DNA of 64,000 nucleotides from Calditrichia bacterium (GTDB lineage Bacteria; Calditrichota; Calditrichia; JAJRVZ01): NCBI GenBank assembly GCA_963796965.1, contig CAWCNS010000009.1, positions 288,001 to 352,000 of the forward strand, read 5' to 3'. Shown piece by piece: positions 45,677 to 57,726 of this stretch (position 1 is its first letter; each line of letters starts with the position of its first letter). The notes under the pieces were generated by a model. It saw only the letters and a program-made list of their open reading frames with translations, ran no database searches and was not told where the DNA came from. The position numbers and the translations under genes were made by a program.

Positions 45677-45870
45677 AGGAAAAAAGATAAACACAAAGGG
45701 CACAAAGAAGGCACAAAGTTCACAAAGAAAAAATATTATATATATTTTATAATTCAGTTTGTTAAGATCATTTTTTTTAAACTATGATTTAGAGTAAATT
45801 AGATCTAAAATCCTAAATATTTTCTCTGTGCTTGCTGCGTCGCTGCGTGAAAAAAAACTAAACACAAAGA
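45677..45870 (+). repeat. Family A element
   Basis: TAAACACAAAGGGCACAAAGAAGGCACAAAG arm, AGATCTAAAATCCTAAA, GCTGCGTGAAAAAAAACTAAACACAAAG. Confidence 0.9.
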
Positions 45871-45878
45871 GTACCAAC

Positions 45879-48623
45879 TCACTTTACTAAAACCATCTTT
45901 TTCGTTTGCATAAAACCCGTCTCGGTACGCAACTGGTAATAATAAATCCCACTTGCAAATCTGCTGGCATCCCATTCAACCTGATAGTTTCCAGCAGCCT
46001 GATTTTTATTCACTAGAGTTGCCACCTTTTGACCGAGTACATTATAAATACTCAATTTCACGTAATCCGTAATATGTAATTTGTAATTTATCGTAGTGCT
46101 GGGATTAAAGGGATTAGGATAATTTTGTTCTAATACATAATCAGCCGGTGATAAAATACCTAGTTCCTCAACATTTGTAACCAGATCATTCCAGTCAATC
46201 ACATTTGCATAAATATCATAACCAACACCCAGCAATCGGTTATCCTGCCAGACATTATATATTTTATCTCCTACAAATTCTATATCCAGATTCGTCTGTT
46301 CCCGTTCAGAATTAACAGCAATCGTGGATAGTTCAGCATGAACCGTTCCATCATGATTATAGGCCTTTATAAATATATCATTGTCATTACCATTACTGTT
46401 TTTGAAAGCAATGACAAAGTCCTTCTTCGCATTCATTGCCACCCTGTTGTTTTGACCATACAATGTTTTATCTGAGATAGCGATATTGCTATCTATAACC
46501 GCGAAATTATCAGAGGAGCCAATATGTGAATATTTTTGATAATAAAGGGATCTGAGACTTCGATAATCCGACCAGACAACAATAGCGTCTCCATCCTCAT
46601 GAATATCAATATCAGGATAATACTGATTCGAATTGGTACTATCATCATTTACAATAATATAATCTCCCAGGGGCATTCCCTTAGATGAAAATCTTTGCAT
46701 TACAATATCCTGGTCATTCCCGCTCGAAAATACACTTGAATACCATACCACAGCAAAAGCACCAGTTGAATCAATGTCGACACGCGGCTCAGTATGTGTT
46801 GCATTTATCGAATCCGGACTTACCCGTATATTGGGGCCCAGTGTATCACCATTTTCACTATAAAGTTGAGCTAAAATATGATATGAATTATCGATATATT
46901 GCCGCCAGGCGATAACAAATTGACCTTGGTTGTTAGAAGCTATTATTGGCGTATAGCTACTGCTACCCTCTTCGTTTCTTGAAACAATGAAATTATCACC
47001 AATAGTCATGCCATTTTTATCAAAGCGCTGGGCAATGATTTCATTAACCGGATACCGGTATTCATACCAGGTTAAGATAAAGCCGCCATCTTTGCCAATC
47101 GCAATATCAGGCCAGTATGATAACGTCGGTGTTGCTTCTGCTTGATTTGTATCAACTGATACGCCATTATTTGTGAATTGTTGGTAATATACATTCTTGC
47201 TTCTGGTTCTTTCATCCTGCCAGGTTGTGACAAAACTGCCATCTTCCCTTACCGCAATGGCCGGATACTCCTGATTGGATGAATTTTCATCTGAATCAAC
47301 CCTGAATGATTCACCATTGGGTTTGCCTTCCACGAAAAAGCGGCGTGCCCTGACAAAATGCTTCATCGGTGTGCCCCGGTCTACCCATACCTGGACAAAA
47401 TTCCCATCCGCATCACAGCTTAAAGAATTATACTGTTTATCTCCCTTATCACTGAGATCGGTCAAAAGAAAATTGGCATTGATTTTTTGATCCCCCTTGA
47501 GACTTTGACCATAAATATGCTTTGGGCCATTACGCGTGTCTCGCCAGGTGACAATTAAGTCACCATTACCATGTGATTCCACTCTAGGATCATAGGCATA
47601 ATAACTCCCATCACTATCCGAAATTTCGATGTTTTTTCCTGCAGGCCCCTGATCTCGAGCATAGAATTGTCCCCAAATCCGGCTTCTCCCTGTTGGGTAA
47701 CCATACCAGGCAACAATGTAACCGGTATCAGATAAGGCCACATCAGGTGAGTAGTGCGATGTATTAGGCGAATTCTCACTCAATTGGTGCACAGAATCCT
47801 TCGGTGATCCTGCTGAGTTAAACTCTCTGGCATAGATATTATAATAGGAAGCCTGGGTGGCATACCAGGCAACCAGGAAATCGCCATCATCGTCCATGGC
47901 AACGCTAGGCAGATATTTTCTGGATCCTTGAATATCATCATTCACAACAAAATTAGTTTCAATCTTTGCACCATTACCATCTAATATTTGTCCATAAATA
48001 TCATAGGTAGAACCATTTCTGGTGTCATACCAAACAACCACAAAACGGTCATTGTTATAAGCAATTCGCGGCGCATATTGTTGCGCCCTTTCTAAATCAT
48101 CTATCAGACTTACTTCTTCCCCGATCTTTGTGCCATCCTCCGTATACATCTGTCCAAATATATTAGTCCAGTTCCGGCCATCCTGCCAGACTACAAAGAA
48201 ATTACCCTCGGCATTCGCAGCCACATCAGGGCTACGATAGAAACGGTTTCTATCCTGGGTATTTATTTGAAATTCAGGTCCTAAAACTTTTCCGCTGGAA
48301 TCAATGATCTGCCCAAAACACATCTGATTTCCGTTCCGGTAATCATACCAAGCGACAAATGAAACCCCGCTATGATTCATGGCAACATTAGATACAAGTT
48401 TTTGTGCGTTGCCCTTCTGTTCATTGACAATAAAATCTTCAACCGCATAGTCAATCATTGAGGGCGATGCCATCACTTGGTCATAGGATTCATCAAGCAT
48501 GGGTCCAGGAATTTGAGGCTCTTGAATAGGGCTCTCATCCATATGTGGTAGAAGTGGTTGCGCAAAAACGGTGGTAAAAAGACTTAGAATAAAAAATAGA
48601 AATATAAAACGTAAATAAAACAT
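45879..48623 (-). CDS. Large secreted beta-repeat protein with NYPNPFNP C-terminal sorting domain
   Basis: Signal peptide; about a dozen repeats P.VA...G.F.V.W.D.R...IYGQ; QNYPNPFNP...SGIYYYQL. Confidence 0.88.
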   Translation of the reverse strand: MFYLRFIFLFFILSLFTTVFAQPLLPHMDESPIQEPQIPGPMLDESYDQVMASPSMIDYAVEDFIVNEQKGNAQKLVSNVAMNHSGVSFVAWYDYRNGNQMCFGQIIDSSGKVLGPEFQINTQDRNRFYRSPDVAANAEGNFFVVWQDGRNWTNIFGQMYTEDGTKIGEEVSLIDDLERAQQYAPRIAYNNDRFVVVWYDTRNGSTYDIYGQILDGNGAKIETNFVVNDDIQGSRKYLPSVAMDDDGDFLVAWYATQASYYNIYAREFNSAGSPKDSVHQLSENSPNTSHYSPDVALSDTGYIVAWYGYPTGRSRIWGQFYARDQGPAGKNIEISDSDGSYYAYDPRVESHGNGDLIVTWRDTRNGPKHIYGQSLKGDQKINANFLLTDLSDKGDKQYNSLSCDADGNFVQVWVDRGTPMKHFVRARRFFVEGKPNGESFRVDSDENSSNQEYPAIAVREDGSFVTTWQDERTRSKNVYYQQFTNNGVSVDTNQAEATPTLSYWPDIAIGKDGGFILTWYEYRYPVNEIIAQRFDKNGMTIGDNFIVSRNEEGSSSYTPIIASNNQGQFVIAWRQYIDNSYHILAQLYSENGDTLGPNIRVSPDSINATHTEPRVDIDSTGAFAVVWYSSVFSSGNDQDIVMQRFSSKGMPLGDYIIVNDDSTNSNQYYPDIDIHEDGDAIVVWSDYRSLRSLYYQKYSHIGSSDNFAVIDSNIAISDKTLYGQNNRVAMNAKKDFVIAFKNSNGNDNDIFIKAYNHDGTVHAELSTIAVNSEREQTNLDIEFVGDKIYNVWQDNRLLGVGYDIYANVIDWNDLVTNVEELGILSPADYVLEQNYPNPFNPSTTINYKLHITDYVKLSIYNVLGQKVATLVNKNQAAGNYQVEWDASRFASGIYYYQLRTETGFMQTKKMVLVK

Positions 48624-48935
48624 GGTTCCCCCCTTAAATTAATTACTTTTAATTTGTACTTATCTAAAGACGCAAGATTTTGGGGGAAAAGTGATAAAAG
48701 AATTAATTATTGTATGAAAAAAGATAACCACAAAGGACACAAAGAAGGCACACTCTCATAATGCTGAGCACATTCATTCCGAGCACCTGCTTCAATCGAA
48801 GCATCGATACTTTTATAGAAAACAATCGGATCATTTATATGAAATCGATAGGTCACATAGCGGCCATCATAGAATCTGTCAAACGAATTCTGTACAGTCC
48901 TTTTGGTGGATCTGATTATATCTATATCTGGTTTA

Positions 48936-49421
48936 TTAAATAAATAGTGCCAATTCGGGGAACTGCCGGCGTATCTTTTTTTCCTCTTCTGGTACATCCC
49001 GCAACATCTGGAAATCTTCAAATTCAAAACCCGGTCCCACGGTACATCCAACTAAAGTATAATCTCCCATTGTTTGTGCTGCCTGCCAGCAACCTGCAGG
49101 TACCACAGCAACCGAATTACTGATTCTATCGGGATTGCTAAGCCAAATACGTTCATACTCCTCTCCGCCTGGTTTGATATAAAACAATTCCAGGGAAGAT
49201 CCCTCATAAAAATGCCAGACCTCATCACTTTTTACATGATGCAAACAGCTATAATCGCCGTCGGTCAGCAAAAAGTAAATCGTAGTCAGAGCCGGACGCT
49301 CTTCACGGCCATCGGACAATTGAACCCGATCAGAAGAGCGATATACTTCACGGTAAAATCCGCCTTCAGGATGGGGTTCTAACTTTAAGAGTTTGATTAA
49401 TTCAGCTGCTCTTGGATCCAT
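48936..49421 (-). CDS. Cupin superfamily protein (DUF985/Cupin_5)
   Basis: LEPHPEGGFYRE, TTIYFLL, SDEVWHFYEG, VPAGCWQAA, GCTVGPGFEFEDF. Confidence 0.93.
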   Translation of the reverse strand: MDPRAAELIKLLKLEPHPEGGFYREVYRSSDRVQLSDGREERPALTTIYFLLTDGDYSCLHHVKSDEVWHFYEGSSLELFYIKPGGEEYERIWLSNPDRISNSVAVVPAGCWQAAQTMGDYTLVGCTVGPGFEFEDFQMLRDVPEEEKKIRRQFPELALFI

Positions 49422-49602
49422 AAGAGTAGATTATTGTAATGATTCGGAGACCTGATCTGCCCCGGGACAAACTTGTTTCTGAATTTGCTCCAACTCAGTA
49501 TACCCTATAAGTCGCCCCAAATTTATTTCAGGATCTGTTTCAATGCAGAGATTCTGAAACAAGTTTAGAATGACTGTATTTAAATGAATAAATTACCTGA
49601 TC

Positions 49603-49791
49603 TTATACATACTTCTTAAAACTGTATTTATCAGCAAGCGTGACCTTATCTTCTTGAGAAAGAGAGGTCATATAGGATTTCCAACCGGGACAAAAGTTAA
49701 TATGCCAGCGCCATAATTTTCCCATCAAAGACTTAGGATTGTTGTCATATTTGGCCCGCCAGGCACAATTCTCACAATTTTGATCTGCCAT
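49603..49791 (-). CDS. Small hypothetical Cys-containing protein
   Basis: RBS GGAGG; CENC and WRWHINFCPGW. Confidence 0.75.
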   Translation of the reverse strand: MADQNCENCAWRAKYDNNPKSLMGKLWRWHINFCPGWKSYMTSLSQEDKVTLADKYSFKKYV

Positions 49792-49880
49792 TTTAATCCT
49801 CCGAATCTAAGTGATAAGGAAAAAGGTGACCATTATAATCCAATAGGTCTTTACCTTTTTCCTTTTACCTTCTTCCTTTA

Positions 49881-52233
<2,353 letters not shown>

Positions 52234-52352
52234 CTATAATTATATCGCGTAATTCAATTTAATTGATCGTTTTTAATTAATCTGGTACAAATTTAACAAT
52301 TTTTTTAATAATCTTCTGTCAGAATTTTATGAAATTGCAAAATTTATAAGAA

Positions 52353-52598
52353 TCAATTATTTGGCATGATCAAAAATTCATCGAATTCAATATGACAATT
52401 GTGATTGGGTAAATCATGCCATGTAAAATCAACAATTTTCCCAAATGTATTCAACATCATAATACCATCTTTTGCATTGCCAAATAACATTTGGCCCTCA
52501 TATGTACAGATCGTAACAAAATACGCACCTGCCTTGCTATAATCATATCCTTTCAACCGGATTGATCTTCGATGATGCTTCTGTGGAATATAAATCAT
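52353..52598 (-). pseudogene. Truncated REP-associated tyrosine transposase (RAYT, IS200-like Y1)
   Basis: HHRRSIRLKGYDYSKAGAYFVTICT N-terminus; ends IMPNN-stop where the MPNHxH HUH motif should be; no continuation seen. Confidence 0.88.
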
Positions 52599-52760
52599 AA
52601 TGAATCTAATCCGCAAGAATAATGCCATAAAACAACCAAAGATATCTGTCAATACTTCAATTTTTGGCAACATCTGCAAAGATCTCTCGTACATGAGATC
52701 AAACTTTTCCGTTTATCATAAATCAACAGGTTGTTATATCCAAAAAAGAAAGGATTCTCA

Positions 52761-54243
52761 ATGAAATCTCTTGCCACGTTCCTCATGTTTGTGATTGTTT
52801 TCTCATCCCTTCCACTTTATTCCCAGGAGACCGATGAACTATTTAAAAAAGATGTAGAAACATTTATCGAAAAAATCATGTCCGCTTATGAAATCCCTGG
52901 TGTTGCCATCGGAGTGGTCAAAAATGGCGAAATCTATTATACCAAAGGATTTGGTGTTCAAAATATTGAAACGAAAGTGCCCGTTTCAGAATCGACGATT
53001 TTTCACATGGCTTCGGTATCCAAACCCTTTGTCGCTACAGCGATTATGCAGTTGGTTGAGGCTGGTAAAGTGAATCTTGACGACCCCGTGGTAAACTATC
53101 TGCCCTATTTTAAAATAAACGATGACCGATACAGAGAGATCACCGTCAGACAAATGCTTACGCATACTTCTGGGATGCCGGATGTGATGGACTATGAATG
53201 GGGCGAGGTGGAAAAACCTGCCGGGGCATTAACCCGTTATACGCTATCACTAAAGGATAAGAAATTAATCTTTGACCCTGGTGAAAAATGGGCCTATAGC
53301 AATATGGCTTTTGAGGTATTAGGTAATCTTATTGAGAAGGTTTCCGGTATGTCCTTTGAAGGCTATATAACACAAAATATTCTCGCTCCGCTGAAAATGA
53401 ATCAGAGCAACTTTTTAGTCGATCAAAGATATCAACTCTTATACACCGATGGTCATATTCGACAATTAAATATTGAGGTAAGTCCCACCTATCCTTATAA
53501 TCCAAAACATGCACCAAGTTCAACTCTTCATTCTAATTCGGTAGACATGTGCCGCTGGGCCATCGCCAATCTTAATCGCGGCGAATATCAAAACCAACGA
53601 ATCCTTAAGGCAACCAGTTATAGCCAGTTATGGAAACCCTTATAGGGATGCCTCTGATGGCCGAAAGATCGGTCTAAGTTGGTTTTTAGGTGGACAAAAC
53701 GGTGAGATGAAGGTTCAGCATGGCGGTGGGGATCTGGGTTTTAGCACCTATTTCAGCATGAAACCAAGGAAAATGTCGGCCGTTGTTGTACTTACCAACC
53801 ACGATTATTCCCCGGTTCAGGCCATTAGTAATGGGATCTGGGCTATCCTGGAAGGCAAGGAAATAGAGATGCCTAAATTCCCAATTTTGATTGAATTGAG
53901 TAAAATATTGGTTGACAAAGATGTACAGGTTGCTATTGAAAGGTATGACAACCTAAAGAAAAATCAGCCCGAGGATTATAACTTTGGTGAAGCACAGCTC
54001 AATTTATTAGGTTACAGTCTGATGGCCAAAGAACGGCTCAATGATGCCATTGAGATCTTTAAGTTAAATGTTGCAGCCTATCCGGAATCCTCTAATCCCT
54101 ATGATAGTCTTGGAGAAGCCTATATGAAGGCAGGTAAAAAAGAATTGGCCATTGAGAATTATGAAAAGTCTCTTCTTCTAAATCCGGAGAATGAAAATGG
54201 CAAAAAAATGCTGGTAGAATTGAAAAACTTAACAAAGAAATAG
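52761..54243 (+). CDS. Serine hydrolase (beta-lactamase/peptidase S12 family) with C-terminal TPR; frameshift near 53640
   Basis: Signal peptide; SVSK, LTHTSG, YSN, HGGG; TPR LNLLGY...YDSLGEAY. Confidence 0.9.
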
Positions 54244-54252
54244 AATGGAATT

Positions 54253-54416
54253 TTCTCGCGAAGGCGCTAAGTCGCTAAGATAAATAATAAAAGAAACAAT
54301 CTTTAAAATAAGAAATAGTCCATAACAATAAATCTGAATAAAAATAATAATATTTTGTTATTTGTATTATTTATTTTGTTTTTGCCTTTTTAGCGGCTTT
54401 GCGGCTTTGCGAGAGA
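54253..54416. repeat. 9-bp-periodic inverted repeat (CGCTAAG type) between convergent genes
   Basis: TCTCGCGAAGGCGCTAAGTCGCTAAG ... TTTAGCGGCTTTGCGGCTTTGCGAGA. Confidence 0.85.
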
Positions 54417-54503
54417 TATTTGTGAATAGATCAGGTTAATTGAATTTCTCATTTAATATGATTCTGGATCGATATTCCGATTTTAAATAAACAAAAGAGA
54501 AAC

Positions 54504-56444
54504 CTATTTCACCGGTTTAATCAAAAAATTATCATACTCAACATAATTGAAAACACTGCCAATACCTACCGCGCCATGTTTATAGGTATCGTCTTTAACT
54601 TTAACGATCTCCTGGTCATCAATGATAACACGTATTTCATCATTGACAAATCGCATTTTCACAATATGCCAAATAAATGGGTTAAAAGAATCTCGACCGC
54701 GGGCGATTATTTTTTCACCGGCAAATAACTGCCAGATGCCGCTTGTGGCAATTTTGAACCGATACCCCTCAGGAGGTAGCACACTTCTAAACGTATGAGT
54801 AATTCTTCCGGCTACTGTAGCCTGTCCTGTATTCTCCTGAATGTTAATATCAACATTAATTTCATAATCCGTCCAGGAGGAGTCACCGATCAGACTTTGC
54901 ACATATACATCACCGGGGCGCCACCACTCGGTTCCTTGTTGTGTGATAACCTGTTTCAGACATTTACCCTGACCATCACGTCTGTTGCTTACCTCAAAGA
55001 TACCTGCCTGGTCTGAAAAATATTTTGGTAACCTACCCGAGATTTCATCTTCAAAATCCGTGCTATAGGGTAAGGGGAAATTTTCAACCGGTGGCGAATC
55101 GTATCCTCCTTTCTGTTGTCCGCTGGTATTGGTAATTGAATAGACCGCCTTACCAATCAGATCGATCGTAAATCGGTTATTCTTTATCTCGATATTATCC
55201 TGCTGGATAAAACTTTCTTTGTTTTTTATTGATCGCCAGAGAGATAGGTCTTCCCTGTCAAATTCATCGTCAAATACAAAAGTAACTCTTTGCGTAACCG
55301 TGGTATCCATTGTTTCAATAATAAGACTAAATTCATTGTTTGCGGGATTCTTCAACGTAACAAAACTACCCCCACCATCCAAATAATCGCAACTCTCATC
55401 CATATAGATCCATCCAGGATTTGCAAATTGTGTCGTATGGGCCACCGCCCATATGGCTGGCTGTATCTCAAAGTTTCCACTCCACGGAGAATCAGCCCTC
55501 ATCAATCCCGATCCTGGAAGTTCCAAATAATTGTAGTAGGATGAAATCAGACTCCAGGTAATAAAGTTGGTAAGTTTTCCATTGATATAACTTCGATTAT
55601 ACATCTTGACGAGAACTTCAAAAGCCTCCCAATCTCCTTTCCATGGTCCTCCCTCACTGTTACGTAATGATTTTCCCAGGCGACGGGCTTCAGGTGTGCT
55701 ACCGTACCGATTCTCTTTCCACCTTTCATTATAATGAAGACCGATGGCATAAATGGCATCATCAAGTTCAGGGTCTATTGCCATTTCATCTGCCAATTTC
55801 CAATCAAATACATCTGCTGCAATAATTTTGACCTCTTTCAGCCCATTTCTATCGAGAGTTCTTCTGAGAAGTTTTATCCATTCCTTATCATATTCTCTCT
55901 CGTTCCATATCCCTGTATAGTCTATTTTTAACCCATGATATTCTAAAGATTTGCTAATAAATAAAGATATATAGTCAGCATTATCCTGAGAAAAGAATAC
56001 GCCATCACCGATCCAACCCGGACAGCCCCATTCCAGACAATCAAGGATAATAGCAGGATTACGTTTTTTTGCCTCTTTCATTAACCACCATTCATAGCCC
56101 CGCTGATAATATTCGGGCTGTGGATATTCAAATTCTATTCGTGTTCTGGCATGACTCGGTTCACTACCGTCCGTGGAATTGACATCTCCCCCAATTTCAA
56201 CTTTTAGTTGGTGCAGGCTGGCGGCAAACTTAGGTTTGAATAGAATATCCAGGATTTGGCTACGATAGGGATCGGAATAATCAATTAACAGACGGGATGA
56301 AGCCCCGGCACTTAGGGCGCCGATTCCTTCAAATACTCTACCGGTAGCATCGGTATTGATCGTGATTACCTGTTGTGCTGAAGTGGGGAGAGGGAAAGAA
56401 AGTATTAAGCAAAGTAAAATTAAAGGGTATCTCATTATATTCAT
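54504..56444 (-). CDS. Galactosylceramidase-like glycoside hydrolase (GH59)
   Basis: FEGIGALSAGASSRLLIDY, LKVEIGGD.NSTDGSEPSH, RGYEWWLM.EAKKRNP, GIWNE, AHTTQF. Confidence 0.92.
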   Translation of the reverse strand: MNIMRYPLILLCLILSFPLPTSAQQVITINTDATGRVFEGIGALSAGASSRLLIDYSDPYRSQILDILFKPKFAASLHQLKVEIGGDVNSTDGSEPSHARTRIEFEYPQPEYYQRGYEWWLMKEAKKRNPAIILDCLEWGCPGWIGDGVFFSQDNADYISLFISKSLEYHGLKIDYTGIWNEREYDKEWIKLLRRTLDRNGLKEVKIIAADVFDWKLADEMAIDPELDDAIYAIGLHYNERWKENRYGSTPEARRLGKSLRNSEGGPWKGDWEAFEVLVKMYNRSYINGKLTNFITWSLISSYYNYLELPGSGLMRADSPWSGNFEIQPAIWAVAHTTQFANPGWIYMDESCDYLDGGGSFVTLKNPANNEFSLIIETMDTTVTQRVTFVFDDEFDREDLSLWRSIKNKESFIQQDNIEIKNNRFTIDLIGKAVYSITNTSGQQKGGYDSPPVENFPLPYSTDFEDEISGRLPKYFSDQAGIFEVSNRRDGQGKCLKQVITQQGTEWWRPGDVYVQSLIGDSSWTDYEINVDINIQENTGQATVAGRITHTFRSVLPPEGYRFKIATSGIWQLFAGEKIIARGRDSFNPFIWHIVKMRFVNDEIRVIIDDQEIVKVKDDTYKHGAVGIGSVFNYVEYDNFLIKPVK

Positions 56445-56546
56445 CTTTTGTAAAATTTTACCATTTTATTTCAGAAAGGATCTTTATTGTTTACTGAACT
56501 ATAAATTTTTGGCCATAAGAAAAACATTTTTTACTTCAGTGGGGAT

Positions 56547-57311
56547 CTACAACCCTAATTCTTTATTTACAATATTCATGAATCGCGTTGTCGAGATATA
56601 TCGATCAGCAAATATTTTGCCCTTATAAATTAGGTTAAAAACACTATATATCGATGGTGCTTTTTGGGCTTGGTGAGCTGTTTTAAGTTCAACAATATTG
56701 GGGTTTAAATTTTTTTCTTCCAGAAATGGTTGTACTTCTTCAATAAAGCGGGCCACCCAGGGACATTGTTTTGAATACACAATGGTAAGATCCTGGTATT
56801 TTTTCAATTCGCTTTGCCAATCGTTGATGGCAGGCTGAGGACCATCCTTTACTTGTTTTACTAATAATTGGTCTTTTCCAGATTCTTCTATAAGAAAGTA
56901 ACCATTTTTTAAAAAGATCTCTCTATTAACCATAAATGAATTATCACTGGTTATGACAGCGACACCGTACATATCACTTGCATCTTTCTCAACCTCTTCT
57001 ACTAATAACTTACCTAAACCTTTATGTTGATGTTTTTTACCATTTGTCCATAAACAGTGAATAAACATATAATCTTTGGCACTCACGGCCCGCCAACAGT
57101 ATGCACCGGGGATATACTCGATAAAACCGACTGCCTTTTTTTCACCTTCCAAAAACAGCAGTTTTATCTTTAATCCATTTTGAAATTGATTCTTTAACCA
57201 GCTTATCTTTTTATCATACAATTCATGCTTTGGATTAATAAAGCAGATAACTTGAGGATACTCTACCAGGTTTTTTTCTGTAACTTCAACGATGTTCGCT
57301 GCATTTCTCAT
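56547..57311 (-). CDS. GNAT acetyltransferase with YoaP-like C-terminus
   Basis: GFIEYIPG, FIHCLW, KGLGKLL, QCPW, AQKAPS.Y..F. Confidence 0.85.
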   Translation of the reverse strand: MRNAANIVEVTEKNLVEYPQVICFINPKHELYDKKISWLKNQFQNGLKIKLLFLEGEKKAVGFIEYIPGAYCWRAVSAKDYMFIHCLWTNGKKHQHKGLGKLLVEEVEKDASDMYGVAVITSDNSFMVNREIFLKNGYFLIEESGKDQLLVKQVKDGPQPAINDWQSELKKYQDLTIVYSKQCPWVARFIEEVQPFLEEKNLNPNIVELKTAHQAQKAPSIYSVFNLIYKGKIFADRYISTTRFMNIVNKELGL

Positions 57312-57357
57312 TGAGTCTATAACTCCTATTACACTAGAGTATTATTTTTAACGCCAT

Positions 57358-57482
57358 CACACAGAAAAAAATTTTGATTTTTAAAGATTACTCATCCTAA
57401 ACCAATTGTTTAAGCTAGAGATTTTTACTAATCAGGATAATAATTTATATAATATTTCTTTGTGGGCTTTGTGTTTATCTCT
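57358..57482 (-). repeat. Family A element, reverse orientation
   Basis: TTTCTTTGTGGGCTTTGTGTTTATCT and CATCCTAAA are reverse complements of the family A arm and core. Confidence 0.75.
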
Positions 57483-57497
57483 TTTTATTTTATTCGA

Positions 57498-57662
57498 TTA
57501 ATGCCAGATGTCGAATTTTTTCTTTGCACCACATTTACAGGTGTAATAAACAACATCCTTGTTACCATGAGGAACGATCTTTTTAAATTTTAAAGAAGGT
57601 TGTTCTTCTGTGCACTCTTTTCGTTTACAATTGATCTCTTTCTCATATTTAACATTTGGCAT
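57498..57662 (-). CDS. Small 54-aa Cys/Lys-rich protein, possible zinc ribbon (not in ORF track)
   Basis: RBS AAGAGGAG; MPNVKYEKEINCKRKECTEEQPSLKFKKIVPHGNKDVVYYTCKCGAKKKFDIWH. Confidence 0.7.
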   Translation of the reverse strand: MPNVKYEKEINCKRKECTEEQPSLKFKKIVPHGNKDVVYYTCKCGAKKKFDIWH

Positions 57663-57726
57663 ATTAAGCTCCTCTTTAAGTAGTCATCAAGAATATAGGT
57701 AATTTGTCACAGGGAAAAAAGATCGA

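Noticed and set aside
48707..49051. Short ORF ending in sulfatase/DUF-like text overlapping the cupin gene
   Set aside because: It overlaps the cupin in another frame and ends in a repeat arm; the 48750-48930 part could be a gene fragment but I cannot support a call
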